A stretch of 64,000 nucleotides of DNA. Source: Vannielia sp. (lineage in GTDB: Bacteria; Pseudomonadota; Alphaproteobacteria; Rhodobacterales; Rhodobacteraceae). A program made the position numbers and the translations under genes. This document shows, in pieces, positions 11,627 to 22,867 of this stretch (position 1 is its first letter; each line of letters starts with the position of its first letter). Location: the NCBI RefSeq assembly GCF_029212645.1, contig NZ_JARGND010000003.1, forward strand, positions 61,741-125,740, given 5' to 3'. Below the pieces are notes generated by a model. That model saw only the letters and a program-made list of their open reading frames with translations. It had not been told where the DNA came from and searched no databases.

Positions 11627-11865
11627 ATATGGTCCACGCCTTTCTGCCTCTTGCGGGCTTTTTGCTGATCATGATCGCGGCCTTTTCGGTGGCGACCTTT
11701 GCCGCGCGGCGCGTGCCCTCGGCGGGGCTGGCCTATCTGGCCTCGATCGGGCTGGGGATTGCCACGGTGATCGTGCTGACCCTGAGCTTTAGCCTTGTCA
11801 TGTCCTTTTCGCTTTTGAACACGGCGCCCCGCGCGCCCGTCACCCTCACACCGGGAGAGAACTGA
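11623..11865 (+). CDS. Small hypothetical 2-TM membrane protein (start 11623 or 11629)
   Basis: Two hydrophobic helices; overlaps the upstream stop, and TGATG junction with nuoE. Confidence 0.6.
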   Translation: MNMVHAFLPLAGFLLIMIAAFSVATFAARRVPSAGLAYLASIGLGIATVIVLTLSFSLVMSFSLLNTAPRAPVTLTPGEN

Positions 11866-13274
11866 TGCTTCGTCGTCTTTATCACGAGCAGCCCGAGAGC
11901 TTTGCCTTTACGCCCGCCAATCAGGCGTGGGCAGAGGCGCAGATTACGAAATATCCCGAGGGGCGGCAGGCCAGTGCGGTAATCCCGCTGCTTTGGCGCG
12001 CGCAGGAGCAAGAGGGCTGGGTGACCCGCCCGGCGATTGAGCATGTGGCGAATATGTTGGGGATGGCCAATATCCGGGTGATGGAAGTGGCCTCCTTTTA
12101 CTTCATGTTCCAGCTGCAACCTGTTGGAAGTGTTGCGCATATTCAAGTTTGTGGCACAACCTCCTGCATGATTTGTGGTGCCGAGGATCTGATGGCTGTT
12201 TGCCAGGAAAAGATCGCGCCAAACGCGCATGAGGTTTCGGAAGATGGCAAGCTGAGCTGGGAAGAGGTGGAATGCCTTGGCTCTTGCGCCAACGCGCCAA
12301 TGGCCCAGATCGGCAAGGATTATTACGAGGATCTCACCGCCGAGCGGTTTGGCGAGATCATCGACGAGCTTCGCGCGGGCAAGGTGCCGGTGCCGGGGCC
12401 GCAGAATGGCCGCTTTGCAGCGGAGCCGCTGGCCGGGCTGACCAGCCTGAAAGAGCATGAGAGCGGCAAGACCAAGTATAACGCCTCGGTGCAACGGGCG
12501 ACCGAGATTGGCGATACCGTCAAGCGCATTGATGGCACCGAAGTGCCGCTGCTCACCCCTTGGGCAGGCAAGAACGCGACCCCCACAAGCAAGGCCCGTG
12601 TTGAGGCCGCAGGCGGGATTGAAGGGGCAGAAGCCGCCACCCCCGACAAGCCTGCTGCTGCCAAGGCCGCCTCGGAGGCCGATCGTGCCAAGGTAGAGGG
12701 CGCGGGCGACGTTGAGCGCAAGGCCGAGGCTGGCAAGGACGGCGACAGCCCCAAGGGCCAGCCGACCGCACCTTCCGGGGAGGCCGGGGCCACCGGCACT
12801 TCCAAGGGGGATGGTGACAGCAGCGGGGCCGAAGGCGCCAAGCCGGGGCCGAAGGCGGGCAAGGCCGATACGGCGGGCGAGGCCACCGAGCAGCCGCAGG
12901 ATGCGGGCAGCGAGGCTGGCAAGGAAGGCGCGGCGGGGGCTGAAAAGCCAAGTGCCGCGGCCTCATCGGAGGCACCTGCCGGGCCGGGCACCAAGCCAGA
13001 GACGCTTTCAGAGGCGCGCGGCGGCAAGGCCGATGACCTGAAGGCGATCAAAGGTGTTGGGCCGAAGCTGGAGAAAATGCTGAACTCCATGGGCTTTTAC
13101 CATTTTGACCAAATCGCCAAATGGTCGGATGATGAGATGGATTGGGTCGACCAGAACCTTGAAGGGTTCAAGGGCCGGGCGCGGCGTGACGAATGGGTCA
13201 GCCAGGCGGCGACACTTGCCGAGGGCGGCGAAACCGAATTTTCCAAGCGGGTCAACAAGGGCGATGTTTACTGA
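11865..13274 (+). CDS. nuoE: NADH-quinone oxidoreductase subunit E with low-complexity linker and C-terminal HhH-like domain
   Basis: [2Fe-2S] ligands CGTTSC...CLGSC; C-terminal [14 protein letters not shown] domain. Confidence 0.95.
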   Translation: MLRRLYHEQPESFAFTPANQAWAEAQITKYPEGRQASAVIPLLWRAQEQEGWVTRPAIEHVANMLGMANIRVMEVASFYFMFQLQPVGSVAHIQVCGTTSCMICGAEDLMAVCQEKIAPNAHEVSEDGKLSWEEVECLGSCANAPMAQIGKDYYEDLTAERFGEIIDELRAGKVPVPGPQNGRFAAEPLAGLTSLKEHESGKTKYNASVQRATEIGDTVKRIDGTEVPLLTPWAGKNATPTSKARVEAAGGIEGAEAATPDKPAAAKAASEADRAKVEGAGDVERKAEAGKDGDSPKGQPTAPSGEAGATGTSKGDGDSSGAEGAKPGPKAGKADTAGEATEQPQDAGSEAGKEGAAGAEKPSAAASSEAPAGPGTKPETLSEARGGKADDLKAIKGVGPKLEKMLNSMGFYHFDQIAKWSDDEMDWVDQNLEGFKGRARRDEWVSQAATLAEGGETEFSKRVNKGDVY

Positions 13275-13349
13275 TCTGCGGTGAAAGCCCTGCCAAAGCG
13301 GCGGGGCGGCAGCGCAGGTGCAACGGACAAGGGAACGTACAAGGGCGAT

Positions 13350-14081
13350 ATGGTGAACCAGTATAACAGCATGTTCGAAGGCCATGACGACCGCCGCGAT
13401 TGGCGTCGTGGTCACGCCCGTGGGGTGGCGGACCTGCTGTGGGAATACTATCAGCCCAAGTCGATGATTGATCTGGGCGGCGGCATGGGGTTTTTCCTTG
13501 CCGAGGCGGCGAAGCGCGGCACCAGGGTGCGCGGTGTTGATGGCCCCTGGGTCAACGAGTTGGAAACCGAGCAGCCGCTGGAAGACTATACCATTCACAA
13601 CCTTGAAGAGCCGTTTGACCTTGGCAAGAAGCGCTTTGACATGGCGGTTTCGCTGGAGGTGGCCGAGCATTTGCCCAAGGAGCGCGGCGAAGGCTTTGTT
13701 GACGATTTGTGCCGCCTGTCGACCAAGGTGCTCTTTTCTGCCGCCATTCCGGGGCAAAAGGGCAAGGGGCACATCAACTGCCAGTGGCAGGGCTATTGGG
13801 CCGGGCTGTTTGCCGAGCGGGGCTATCGCTGCTTTGATCCCTTTCGTCGTCGCCTTGTGGGCGTTGAGGATATGGCGCCTTGGTTCCAGCAAAACCTGCT
13901 GCTTTACGTCAAGACCGGCGCGAAAGTGCCCGAAAGCCTCGCCCCGCATGAGATTCCGCATGAGGCGGCAAGCTATGTGATGCCCCGCTGGTATAACCAG
14001 AAGGTTGATTTTCTGCGCAAGCGGATGAAGGAATTTCGCAAACGGGCCGAAGAGGCCGAGGCGAAACTGGCCGAACAATGA
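13350..14081 (+). CDS. Class I SAM-dependent methyltransferase (start uncertain)
   Basis: Motif I IDLGGGMG; FDMAVSLEVAEHL; GQKGKGHINCQ. Confidence 0.8.
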   Translation: MVNQYNSMFEGHDDRRDWRRGHARGVADLLWEYYQPKSMIDLGGGMGFFLAEAAKRGTRVRGVDGPWVNELETEQPLEDYTIHNLEEPFDLGKKRFDMAVSLEVAEHLPKERGEGFVDDLCRLSTKVLFSAAIPGQKGKGHINCQWQGYWAGLFAERGYRCFDPFRRRLVGVEDMAPWFQQNLLLYVKTGAKVPESLAPHEIPHEAASYVMPRWYNQKVDFLRKRMKEFRKRAEEAEAKLAEQ

Positions 14082-14290
14082 GCAGCCCCGAGCAAGATCG
14101 TGACTTTGCCCGCGCGGGCCGCAAGCTGGCGCTGATGGTGGCGGGGGCTGGCGTGCTGGCGATCATCGCGCCTTGGCTGGTGCAAAAGCTCGGCGTGGAG
14201 CCGCGTTACGAAATACTGATCTATCTCATTGCGATGGCGGTCTTTGCCTATGCGATGGTGCAGCTTGTGATGCTGTGGAGGCGGCGCTAG
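14078..14290 (+). CDS. Small 2-TM protein (DUF5337-like)
   Basis: ATGA overlap; two TM helices ending LWRRR; usual position upstream of nuoF in this family. Confidence 0.7.
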   Translation: MSSPEQDRDFARAGRKLALMVAGAGVLAIIAPWLVQKLGVEPRYEILIYLIAMAVFAYAMVQLVMLWRRR

Positions 14291-14384
14291 CCGTCGAATG
14301 TAATTTGCGCCAGTTGGCACTGGCAAAACCTTTGTCCTTCGGCTATTTCCGCTGGAGTGCGAAGCCAGATATGGAGCCCGCCCG

Positions 14385-15668
14385 ATGTTGCAGGACAGCG
14401 ACCGCATCTTCACCAATGTTTACGGTATGCATGACCGGACCCTGAAGGGTGCGCAGGCGCGTGGCCACTGGGATGGCACGGCGGAGATCATCAAGAAGGG
14501 CCGTGACTGGATCGTTGATGAGATGAAGGCGAGCGGCTTGCGTGGCCGGGGCGGAGCGGGCTTTCCGACCGGTTTGAAATGGTCGTTCATGCCCAAGGAA
14601 AGCGATGGCCGCCCGGCATATCTTGTTGTGAACGCTGACGAATCGGAGCCGGGGACCTGCAAGGACCGGGAGATCATGCGCCACGATCCGCACACGCTGA
14701 TCGAAGGTTGCCTGATTGCCAGTTTCGCGATGAATGCCAACACCTGCTACATCTACATCCGCGGCGAATACATCCGCGAGCGTGAGGCGCTGCAAGCGGC
14801 GATTGACGAAGCCTATGATGCCGGTCTGGTCGGCAAGAACGCCTCTGGCTCGGGCTGGGATTTTGATATTTTCCTCGCCCATGGCGCGGGGGCCTATATT
14901 TGCGGTGAAGAAACCGCGCTGCTGGAAAGCCTTGAGGGCAAGAAGGGGATGCCGCGCATGAAGCCGCCGTTCCCGGCGGGCGCGGGGCTTTATGGCTGCC
15001 CGACAACGGTGAACAACGTGGAGAGCATCGCCGTGGTGCCCACGATTTTGCGCCGGGGTGGTGAGTGGTTTGCAGGCTTTGGCCGTCCCAACAACACCGG
15101 CACCAAGCTGTTTGCAATCTCGGGCCATGTGAACAACCCCTGCGTTGTGGAAGAAGAGATGTCGATCGGCTTTGAGGAGTTGATCGAGAAGCACTGCGGC
15201 GGGATTCGCGGCGGCTGGGACAACCTGCTGGCGGTGATCCCCGGCGGCTCATCGGTTCCTTGTGTGCGCGGTGAAAACATGCGCAACGCGACGATGGATT
15301 TTGATTACCTGCGCAATGAGCTGGGCTCGGGCCTTGGCACGGCGGCGGTGATCGTGATGGACAAGAACACCGATATCATCAAGGCGATCTGGCGCTTGAG
15401 CAAGTTTTACAAGCACGAAAGCTGCGGCCAGTGCACGCCGTGCCGCGAAGGCACCGGCTGGATGATGCGGGTGATGGACCGTTTGGTGAAGGGCGATGCG
15501 AGTGTCGAGGAGATCGACATGTTGTTCGATGTGACCAAGCAGGTAGAGGGCCACACGATTTGTGCTCTTGGCGATGCCGCCGCTTGGCCCATCCAAGGCC
15601 TTATCCGCAACTTCCGCGATGTGATCGAGGATCGCATCAAGCACAAGCGGGCGATCGCGGCGGAGTGA
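14385..15668 (+). CDS. nuoF: NADH-quinone oxidoreductase subunit F
   Basis: [46 protein letters not shown]. Confidence 0.97.
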   Translation: MLQDSDRIFTNVYGMHDRTLKGAQARGHWDGTAEIIKKGRDWIVDEMKASGLRGRGGAGFPTGLKWSFMPKESDGRPAYLVVNADESEPGTCKDREIMRHDPHTLIEGCLIASFAMNANTCYIYIRGEYIREREALQAAIDEAYDAGLVGKNASGSGWDFDIFLAHGAGAYICGEETALLESLEGKKGMPRMKPPFPAGAGLYGCPTTVNNVESIAVVPTILRRGGEWFAGFGRPNNTGTKLFAISGHVNNPCVVEEEMSIGFEELIEKHCGGIRGGWDNLLAVIPGGSSVPCVRGENMRNATMDFDYLRNELGSGLGTAAVIVMDKNTDIIKAIWRLSKFYKHESCGQCTPCREGTGWMMRVMDRLVKGDASVEEIDMLFDVTKQVEGHTICALGDAAAWPIQGLIRNFRDVIEDRIKHKRAIAAE

Positions 15669-16018
15669 CGGGCGGGGCGTTTCGCACCTTCCAGATTGCC
15701 CGCTAAAACGGGGTTTTGTTTTCGATTTCGCTTGGCAGTGATCTGCCTCTGCGTGGGCTACTGCTGTGGTATCGCCGGGCGTGTGGGTGGCTTTGTGCTG
15801 CTATTAGAGAGTTTCGGGCGCTTCGCGCAGGCCGTCGCTTTATGTGGCCGGGGTGGGGGTACCAGAGGGTTTTGATCATGCCGGTGATTCCCCTTGTTCC
15901 ACTAAACTCGTTCCCTACGGTGGCGCGGTGTCCGAAGGGGTAGGCCATTGCCTTGCCTGCCATTTCGGGTAGGCTCCTGCCGCAATTGAACACAAAGATA
16001 TTTTGAAGGAGGGCCGCT

Positions 16019-16471
16019 ATGCGGGGTGAAATTTTGACCTATGACGCGCAAACGGCGCGTGGGCTGATCAGCGGCGAAGACGGGCAGCGCTACGAGTTTG
16101 CCGGGACCGATGTGAAGGATCGCTTTAACCTGATCCGCCCCGGAATGCCGGTCGATTTTCAGGCCGATAACGGGCTTGCCCGCTCCATCTATCCGGTTGG
16201 CGTGATGACGGGGGCCAGCCCGGAAAAGGAAAAGCTGGTTGCCGGGCTGTTGGCGCTGTTTCTGGGTGGGCTTGGGGTGCACAAGTTTTATCTTGGTTAC
16301 ACCGGCGCGGGTGTGGCCATGCTGTGCTTGTCGGTGTTTGGCATCATCCTGCTGGCGATTCCCACGCTGATTATTGCCGTGATCGCCATGGTCGAGGCGA
16401 TCCTGTACCTGACCAAGACCGACGAAGATTTTCAGCAGATCTATGTGGATGGAAAGCGCCCCTGGTTCTGA
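16019..16471 (+). CDS. TM2 (NINE) domain protein with N-terminal cold-shock/OB-like domain
   Basis: AGLLALFLGGLGVHKFYLG TM2 motif; N-terminal G.I..YD...GLISGEDG.RY.F; GGAGG RBS. Confidence 0.82.
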   Translation: MRGEILTYDAQTARGLISGEDGQRYEFAGTDVKDRFNLIRPGMPVDFQADNGLARSIYPVGVMTGASPEKEKLVAGLLALFLGGLGVHKFYLGYTGAGVAMLCLSVFGIILLAIPTLIIAVIAMVEAILYLTKTDEDFQQIYVDGKRPWF

Positions 16472-16496
16472 TCGGGGCGTAAAGGGAGCGAGCGCG

Positions 16497-16796
16497 ATGG
16501 ATATGCAGGTTTTTTCGGCGATTGGCGCGATGATCGGGGTGATCTCCTCCTTGGTTTTCATCGCCTCTGTGGTGATCGTGGCGCGCAAGGCCGGGTTGGG
16601 CATGGGGGGCACGGTGATCGCGGCGATTCTCGTAGCGCTCCTGGGGCTGGTCGCGCCCTTGCTCTACGAGACGGCGGTCCGGTTTCTGGGCGTGCCGGGC
16701 GAGTGGGTGATGATTGTCTTCCCGTTGACCGGCCTGCTTTCGACGGTGGTGTTGCTTGTGGTTGCCTTGGTGCCGTGGCCCGCCACGCGGCGCTGA
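16497..16796 (+). CDS. Hypothetical 3-TM membrane protein
   Basis: Highly hydrophobic ORF, co-directional in the operon. Confidence 0.6.
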   Translation: MDMQVFSAIGAMIGVISSLVFIASVVIVARKAGLGMGGTVIAAILVALLGLVAPLLYETAVRFLGVPGEWVMIVFPLTGLLSTVVLLVVALVPWPATRR

Positions 16797-16956
16797 AACG
16801 GCGGGTTTCTGCCGGAATCCAATGAAAACCGGGGTTTAGCGCCGCCGTAACCCGATGACATTGGCGCTGTTATTGCATAGCAGCCCCGCTCTCCCCATGT
16901 GGTTTTGTGACAGACGGGCGATTGACCCGTGAGGAACAGGCAAGAAGGCGAGACAC

Positions 16957-17373
16957 ATGACATTCGCGAAAAAGACGATGGCAGCAGCGGTTTTGGCGGT
17001 GATCGCCGCGCTGGGGTTTACCGGGGTGGCAACGGCCAAATCGCTGGCAGACAGCAAATCGGTCAACGCGGGGCTGGTGGCGATTGGCGTGGCTGATGAG
17101 ATCCGCCGCAATTGCCCCGATATCAATGCGCGCATGGTGAAGGCCTATACCTACCTCAATTCGCTTGAGCGGCAGGCCAAGGCAGAGGGTTTCAGCCAGT
17201 CGGAAATTGACGCTTATGTTGACGACAAGGCGCAAAAGGCGCGTTTGATCGAAGTTGCAAAGAAATACATGGCCTCGAAGGGCGTGGATGGCTCGGCGGA
17301 GAGCTATTGCAAACTCGGTCATCAGGAGATTGCGGGCGGCACCAAGGTAGGCGCACTTTTGCGAGAAAAATAG
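16957..17373 (+). CDS. DUF5333-like exported protein
   Basis: Signal peptide; ADEIRRNC...YC.LG.QEIA...GALL pattern; usual position upstream of nuoG. Confidence 0.75.
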   Translation: MTFAKKTMAAAVLAVIAALGFTGVATAKSLADSKSVNAGLVAIGVADEIRRNCPDINARMVKAYTYLNSLERQAKAEGFSQSEIDAYVDDKAQKARLIEVAKKYMASKGVDGSAESYCKLGHQEIAGGTKVGALLREK

Positions 17374-17613
17374 GGCTTTTTCCCCAGGCCGCTGCGCGCA
17401 TTTTTTCTGCAAGGCTTCGAATGTGTTGGGCTGGAACCGGGTTTGCATGGGCGTTGCGGATAAATCCCGTGGCTCATTACGGATTTTTCGCGGGCGGGAG
17501 GGTTGAATGCCCCCGCCCGTAAGCCTAGAAAGCGCATAGCATCACCCGGATGCGGCGCGGCGGGGCAGGGGCCCCGGGCAGACGCCCGCCGGGGGCAGCC
17601 AAGAGGGCCCCGC

Positions 17614-19644
17614 ATGAGCGACCTGCGCAAGATCATCATTGACGACAAGGAAGTTGAAGTAGAAGGCGCGTTGACGCTCATCCAGGCCTGTGAACAGGCC
17701 GGGGTGGAAGTGCCGCGTTTTTGCTACCATGAACGCCTGTCAATCGCCGGAAACTGCCGGATGTGTCTGGTTGAGGTTGTTGGCGGTCCGCCGAAGCCCG
17801 CCGCCTCCTGCGCCATGCAGGTCAAGGATCTGCGCCCCGGCAAGGACGGTGAGCCGCCCGTTGTCAAAACCAACAGCCCGATGGTGAAGAAGGCCCGCGA
17901 AGGGGTGATGGAGTTTTTGCTCATCAACCATCCGCTGGATTGCCCGATTTGTGATCAGGGCGGCGAGTGCGATCTACAGGATCAGGCGATGGCCTATGGT
18001 GTGGATTTCTCGCGCTACCGCGAACCAAAGCGCGCGGTGGATGACCTTGATCTTGGCCCGTTGGTCGAGACTCACATGACCCGCTGCATCTCCTGCACCC
18101 GCTGTGTGCGCTTCACCTCCGAGGTGGCCGGCATCACCCAGATGGGCCAGATCGGGCGCGGCGAAGATTCGGAAATTACCTCATACTTGGGCGAAACGCT
18201 GGATAGCGAGCTTCAGGGCAATATCATTGATCTTTGCCCGGTGGGTGCTTTGGTGAGTAAGCCCTACGCCTTTACCGCTCGCCCGTGGGAGTTGACCAAG
18301 ACCGAAACCATTGATGTGATGGACGCGCTTGGCTCCAGCATTCGGGTGGATACCAAGGGGCGCGAAGTGATGCGCATCCTGCCGCGCAACCATGACGGGG
18401 TGAACGAAGAGTGGCTTTCGGACAAGTCGCGCTTTGTGTGGGACGGCTTGCGCCGCCAGCGCCTCGACAAGCCCTACATCCGTGAAAACGGCAAGCTGCG
18501 CGCCGCAAGCTGGGGCGAGGCCTTGGACAAGGTGGCCGAGGCAACCGAGGGCAAGGCGATCACCGGGATTGTTGGCGATCTGGCCCCTGTTGAGGCGGTT
18601 TTCGCGCTCAAGCAATTGGTTGAAAGCCGGGGCGGCAAGATCGAGTGCCGTACGGATGGGGCCAAGCTGCCTGCGGGCAACCGCTCGGGCTATGTGGGCA
18701 CCGCCAGCATCGAAGATATCGACAGTGCCGATATGATCCAGTTGATCGGCTGTAACCCGCGCGCCGAGGCTCCGGTGCTGAACGCGCGGATTCGCAAGGC
18801 GTGGATCAATGGCGCAACCGTGGGCCTCGTGGGCGAGGCCGTGGATCTGACCTATGATTACGAGCATCTCGGCAATGATCGCGCCGCACTGGAAGAGCTT
18901 TCCGGCAAGGAAATCAGCGACGAAACCCGCGACGAGAAGAACACGCTGGTGATCGTGGGGCAGGGAGCCTTGCGCGAGGCCGACGGCGCTGCCGTGCTGG
19001 GCCACGCGATGAAACTGGCCGAAAATGCTGGGGCCAAACTGCTGGTGCTGCATAGTGCCGCATCGCGCGTGGGCGCCATGGATGTGGGCGCTGTCACCGA
19101 AGGCGGCCTTGACGCCGCCATCGACGGGGCCGAGGTGATCTATAACCTTGGCGCGGATGAGGTTGAGGTCGCTGACGGGGCCTTCGTGATTTATCAGGGC
19201 AGCCATGGCGACCGGGGCGCACACCGCGCCGATGTGATCCTGCCTGCCGCCGCCTGGACCGAGGAGCAGGGCCTTTTCGTGAACACCGAAGGGCGGCCGC
19301 AACTGGCGCTGCGGGCGGGCTTCCCCCCCGGCGACGCCAAGGAAAACTGGGCGATCCTGCGCGCCCTCTCCGAGAAGATGTCGGGCGAAACCCAGCCGTG
19401 GAACAACCTTGCGCAACTGCGTCAGGCGCTGGTGGCCGAGGTGCCGCATCTCGCCGAGGTCGACACCGTGCCGCAGAACGACTGGCAGGCGGTTGAGGCG
19501 GGCAGCCTTGGCAAAGCGGCCTTCGTTTATGCCGTGAAAGACCACTACCTGACCAACCCCATCGCCCGCGCTTCTGCCGTGATGGCCGACCTTTCGGCGC
19601 GGACCAAGGCCCGCCGCGAAGGCCAGCAAATGGCGGCGGAGTAG
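17614..19644 (+). CDS. nuoG: NADH-quinone oxidoreductase subunit G
   Basis: [40 protein letters not shown]. Confidence 0.97.
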   Translation: MSDLRKIIIDDKEVEVEGALTLIQACEQAGVEVPRFCYHERLSIAGNCRMCLVEVVGGPPKPAASCAMQVKDLRPGKDGEPPVVKTNSPMVKKAREGVMEFLLINHPLDCPICDQGGECDLQDQAMAYGVDFSRYREPKRAVDDLDLGPLVETHMTRCISCTRCVRFTSEVAGITQMGQIGRGEDSEITSYLGETLDSELQGNIIDLCPVGALVSKPYAFTARPWELTKTETIDVMDALGSSIRVDTKGREVMRILPRNHDGVNEEWLSDKSRFVWDGLRRQRLDKPYIRENGKLRAASWGEALDKVAEATEGKAITGIVGDLAPVEAVFALKQLVESRGGKIECRTDGAKLPAGNRSGYVGTASIEDIDSADMIQLIGCNPRAEAPVLNARIRKAWINGATVGLVGEAVDLTYDYEHLGNDRAALEELSGKEISDETRDEKNTLVIVGQGALREADGAAVLGHAMKLAENAGAKLLVLHSAASRVGAMDVGAVTEGGLDAAIDGAEVIYNLGADEVEVADGAFVIYQGSHGDRGAHRADVILPAAAWTEEQGLFVNTEGRPQLALRAGFPPGDAKENWAILRALSEKMSGETQPWNNLAQLRQALVAEVPHLAEVDTVPQNDWQAVEAGSLGKAAFVYAVKDHYLTNPIARASAVMADLSARTKARREGQQMAAE

Positions 19645-19650
19645 GCGCTC

Positions 19651-20109
19651 TTGGGGGTATCCAGGATCATAATGACCGCCGCCCTCGCGCTGGCAACCGC
19701 AGCCTGCGAGGCAAGCGGGCCCAAGGGCCATGGCATTGCCTTTGACAACCCTGATGGGGACGCGTTGCCAGAGGTGGTGACGCGCCGCGCGCAAAGCTTT
19801 GAGCCTGTGTATCGAGGCATTGAAACGCGCTTGCTTGACGGTGATCTAGTGGGTTTCGTCGTTGAGATGGAAGGCGCGCGCGATGAGCAGGACGTTGAGG
19901 AATACGCGCTTTGCGCCGCCGCGCAATACACGCTGATCAGGGACTACGGATTCTTGAGGAAGCTCCGCACTCGGGTGGCCGAAGAGGCTGGCCTTTGGCG
20001 TGCGGATGCTGTTTACACCATATCGCCAGCGCTCCCGAGCGGGCCAACCAAAATCGACGCGCAAGTGACGGTTGAGGATTGTGCCGCACGGGGCATACCC
20101 ACGGTTTGA
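19651..20109 (+). CDS. Hypothetical lipoprotein
   Basis: Lipobox-like LATAAC; YALCAAAQY motif; lies between nuoG and nuoH. Confidence 0.7.
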   Translation: MGVSRIIMTAALALATAACEASGPKGHGIAFDNPDGDALPEVVTRRAQSFEPVYRGIETRLLDGDLVGFVVEMEGARDEQDVEEYALCAAAQYTLIRDYGFLRKLRTRVAEEAGLWRADAVYTISPALPSGPTKIDAQVTVEDCAARGIPTV

Positions 20110-20123
20110 GGACGAAGGCATCG

Positions 20124-21164
20124 ATGGCAGATTTCTTTCTGAACACAGGTTTTGGATACACCCTGCTGCTGGTGGGCCAAGTTCTTTTGATCGTGGTGCC
20201 GCTTCTGGTGGCTCTTGCCTTCCTGATGTACGCCGACCGCAAGATCTGGGCCGCCGTCCAGATGCGCAGAGGCCCCAACATCGTGGGGGTATTCGGCCTG
20301 CTGCAAAGCTTTGCGGATTTCCTGAAATACATCGTCAAAGAGGTCGTGGTGCCCGCCGGGGCCGACAAGGCCGTGTTTTTCCTGGCGCCGATGATCTCGC
20401 TGGTGATGGCACTTATCGCCTGGGCGGTGATCCCGTTTAACGACGGTTGGGTGCTGTCTGACATCAACGTGGCCATCCTTTATGTGTTCGCCGTCTCCTC
20501 GCTGGAGGTTTACGGCGTGATCATGGGGGGCTGGGCCTCAAACTCGAAGTATCCCTTCCTTGGCAGCCTGCGCTCTGCGGCGCAGATGATCAGCTACGAG
20601 GTGTCGATTGGCCTGATCATCATTGGCGTGATCCTTTCGACCGGCAGCATGAACTTCAGTGACATCGTTGGCGCACAAGATACCGGCTGGGGCATGCTCG
20701 GCTGGTACTGGCTGCCGCATTTCCCGATGGTGTTCCTGTTCTTCATCTCGGCGCTGGCCGAAACCAACCGCCCGCCGTTTGACCTGCCCGAAGCCGAATC
20801 CGAACTGGTGGCTGGCTATCAGGTGGAATACTCCTCCACGCCCTTCCTCCTCTTCATGATTGGTGAGCTGGTGGCGGTGGTGCTGATGTGCGCCTTGATT
20901 ACGCTGATGTTCTTTGGGGGCTGGCTGTCGCCCATTCCGGGGCTGCCCGACGGGATCCTCTGGTTCATCGCCAAGATGCTGTTCTTCTTCTTCATCTTCT
21001 CGATGGTGAAGGCGATCACCCCGCGCTACCGCTACGACCAGTTGATGCGGATCGGTTGGAAGGTGTTCCTGCCGTTCTCGCTGGCCTGGGTCGTGTTGAT
21101 CGCGTTTTTGGTGAAGTTCGAAGTTTTTGGTGCCTTCTGGGCCCGCTATGCGATGGGAGGCTAA
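20124..21164 (+). CDS. nuoH: NADH-quinone oxidoreductase subunit H
   Basis: [37 protein letters not shown]. Confidence 0.97.
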   Translation: MADFFLNTGFGYTLLLVGQVLLIVVPLLVALAFLMYADRKIWAAVQMRRGPNIVGVFGLLQSFADFLKYIVKEVVVPAGADKAVFFLAPMISLVMALIAWAVIPFNDGWVLSDINVAILYVFAVSSLEVYGVIMGGWASNSKYPFLGSLRSAAQMISYEVSIGLIIIGVILSTGSMNFSDIVGAQDTGWGMLGWYWLPHFPMVFLFFISALAETNRPPFDLPEAESELVAGYQVEYSSTPFLLFMIGELVAVVLMCALITLMFFGGWLSPIPGLPDGILWFIAKMLFFFFIFSMVKAITPRYRYDQLMRIGWKVFLPFSLAWVVLIAFLVKFEVFGAFWARYAMGG

Positions 21165-21165
21165 T

Positions 21166-21615
21166 ATGACTGACAAAGAAATGACGCCCGCCGAGACCGT
21201 GGCAACCTGGATGGAAGACGCGCCACACCAAACGATTTATGGCGAAGCGCAGGAGTTTCGCAAAATCCTGCTGGGCCATTTTGGCGAGAAAAAGCCCGAT
21301 TGGGAGCAGCTGACCCCTGAGGCTGTTGGCGAGGTGGTCAACGCCTGGATCGCGCGTGACAGGATGGGCTATGAGCTGCCGCAGATTGAGGGCGAGCAAC
21401 TGGCCACCACCGGCAAGGTTGTTGCTGGCTGGCTCCAGGAACATGCCGCCAAGGTGAAGAAGCCCGCGCTGGTGAGCGTGGACGAGTTCACCGGCGTGCT
21501 GCACGCCGTACACTGTTCGCTGCGGGGCCTTGACCCCTCCGCCGAGCAAAAAGAAAACGCCGAGCGGATGAAGAATGCCCCCGCGATGCGTAGCAATTTC
21601 AGCCTGCGGGGATAG
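21166..21615 (+). CDS. Hypothetical soluble protein
   Basis: GGAGG RBS; fills the nuoH-nuoI gap exactly; host-like codon usage. Confidence 0.75.
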   Translation: MTDKEMTPAETVATWMEDAPHQTIYGEAQEFRKILLGHFGEKKPDWEQLTPEAVGEVVNAWIARDRMGYELPQIEGEQLATTGKVVAGWLQEHAAKVKKPALVSVDEFTGVLHAVHCSLRGLDPSAEQKENAERMKNAPAMRSNFSLRG

Positions 21616-21624
21616 GCGAGCAAT

Positions 21625-22119
21625 ATGACCCAGATCGACTGGAACCGCGCGACCAAGTATTTTTTCCTCTCCGACTGGATCGAGGGGTTTCGGCTTGGTC
21701 TGAAGTATTTCTTCTCGCCCAAGGTGACGTTGAACTACCCGCATGAAAAAGGCCCGTTGAGCCCGCGTTTTCGTGGCGAACATGCTTTGCGCCGCTATCC
21801 CAACGGGGAAGAGCGCTGCATTGCCTGCAAGCTGTGCGAGGCGATCTGCCCGGCGCAGGCGATCACCATTGATGCCGAGCCGCGGGAAGATGGCTCGCGC
21901 CGCACCACCCGCTATGACATCGACATGACCAAGTGCATCTACTGCGGCTTTTGCCAGGAAGCCTGCCCGGTGGATGCCATTGTCGAGGGGCCGAACTTTG
22001 AGTTTGCCGCCGAAACCCGAGAGGAGCTGTTTTACGACAAGGACAAGCTGCTTGATAACGGTGCCCGCTGGGAAGCCGAGATTGCCCGCAACCTTGAGAT
22101 GGATGCGCCTTACCGATGA
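21625..22119 (+). CDS. nuoI: NADH-quinone oxidoreductase subunit I
   Basis: Two CxxCxxCxxxCP motifs ([24 protein letters not shown]). Confidence 0.97.
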   Translation: MTQIDWNRATKYFFLSDWIEGFRLGLKYFFSPKVTLNYPHEKGPLSPRFRGEHALRRYPNGEERCIACKLCEAICPAQAITIDAEPREDGSRRTTRYDIDMTKCIYCGFCQEACPVDAIVEGPNFEFAAETREELFYDKDKLLDNGARWEAEIARNLEMDAPYR

Positions 22120-22460
22120 GCGACGCGCAACGCACCAACGCCCCCGAGGCGGATGCCTATGCAAGGGGCAAGCCACTTTCGGAGGCCTGCAATCCGGGCC
22201 TCGAAGAGGTGTTGGCCGGGCGTTATGACGCGCTGTTGCCGGGCATGTCACGCTCGATGGTCGAGGTGCCTTGGGGGCATGTCTACAATCGCGGCGTGGT
22301 CGAAGATAAAACGCGCTTCCTTGCCATCATTGCCGGGCTGACAGCGCTTGGCGGGCAGGCCCTTCCGCAGCTCAAGGTGCATGTCGGCTTCCGGGCGGCG
22401 ATCAACGCGCTGAACGAGGCGATGGGGGTCTTTGAGGCCGAAGAGGGGGAAAGCGCATGA
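22116..22460 (+). CDS. Carboxymuconolactone decarboxylase (AhpD-like) family protein with apparent in-frame internal deletion (possible pseudogene)
   Basis: Aligns to the downstream paralog (KTR.L...ALT.LG.Q) but lacks about 24 aa. Confidence 0.65.
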   Translation: MSDAQRTNAPEADAYARGKPLSEACNPGLEEVLAGRYDALLPGMSRSMVEVPWGHVYNRGVVEDKTRFLAIIAGLTALGGQALPQLKVHVGFRAAINALNEAMGVFEAEEGESA

Positions 22461-22867
22461 CCGAGAATTTCACCAAGTTCTTCCAACAGTGGGTGGATGC
22501 GGGCCAGGAAATGGCCAAAAACGTGAACCCTGATCTGGCCTCGTTCAAGATGCCCGGCCTTGGAGACTGGATGCCCACCATGCCCAAGGACATGATGGAT
22601 GCGATGATGGGCAAAACCTTTAATCCCGACGGGTTGAGCGCCAAGACGCGGCTGCTGGTTACGTTGGCCGCGCTCACTGTTCTGGGCGCGCAGGCGGAAG
22701 ATCAGATCACCATCACCGTGCGCCACGCGCTGGAAGCTGGCGCATCGGCGCAGGAAGTGGCCGAGGTGATTGCCATGATGTCGATGTTTGGCGGCGTGCC
22801 CGCGATGACCAAGGCCATGGAGCTTGCCCAGGCCGAAATCGAGAAACACAAGGGAGAGGGCGCATGA
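22457..22867 (+). CDS. Carboxymuconolactone decarboxylase (AhpD-like) family protein
   Basis: [18 protein letters not shown]...[16 protein letters not shown]...FGGVPA. Confidence 0.85.
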   Translation: MTENFTKFFQQWVDAGQEMAKNVNPDLASFKMPGLGDWMPTMPKDMMDAMMGKTFNPDGLSAKTRLLVTLAALTVLGAQAEDQITITVRHALEAGASAQEVAEVIAMMSMFGGVPAMTKAMELAQAEIEKHKGEGA

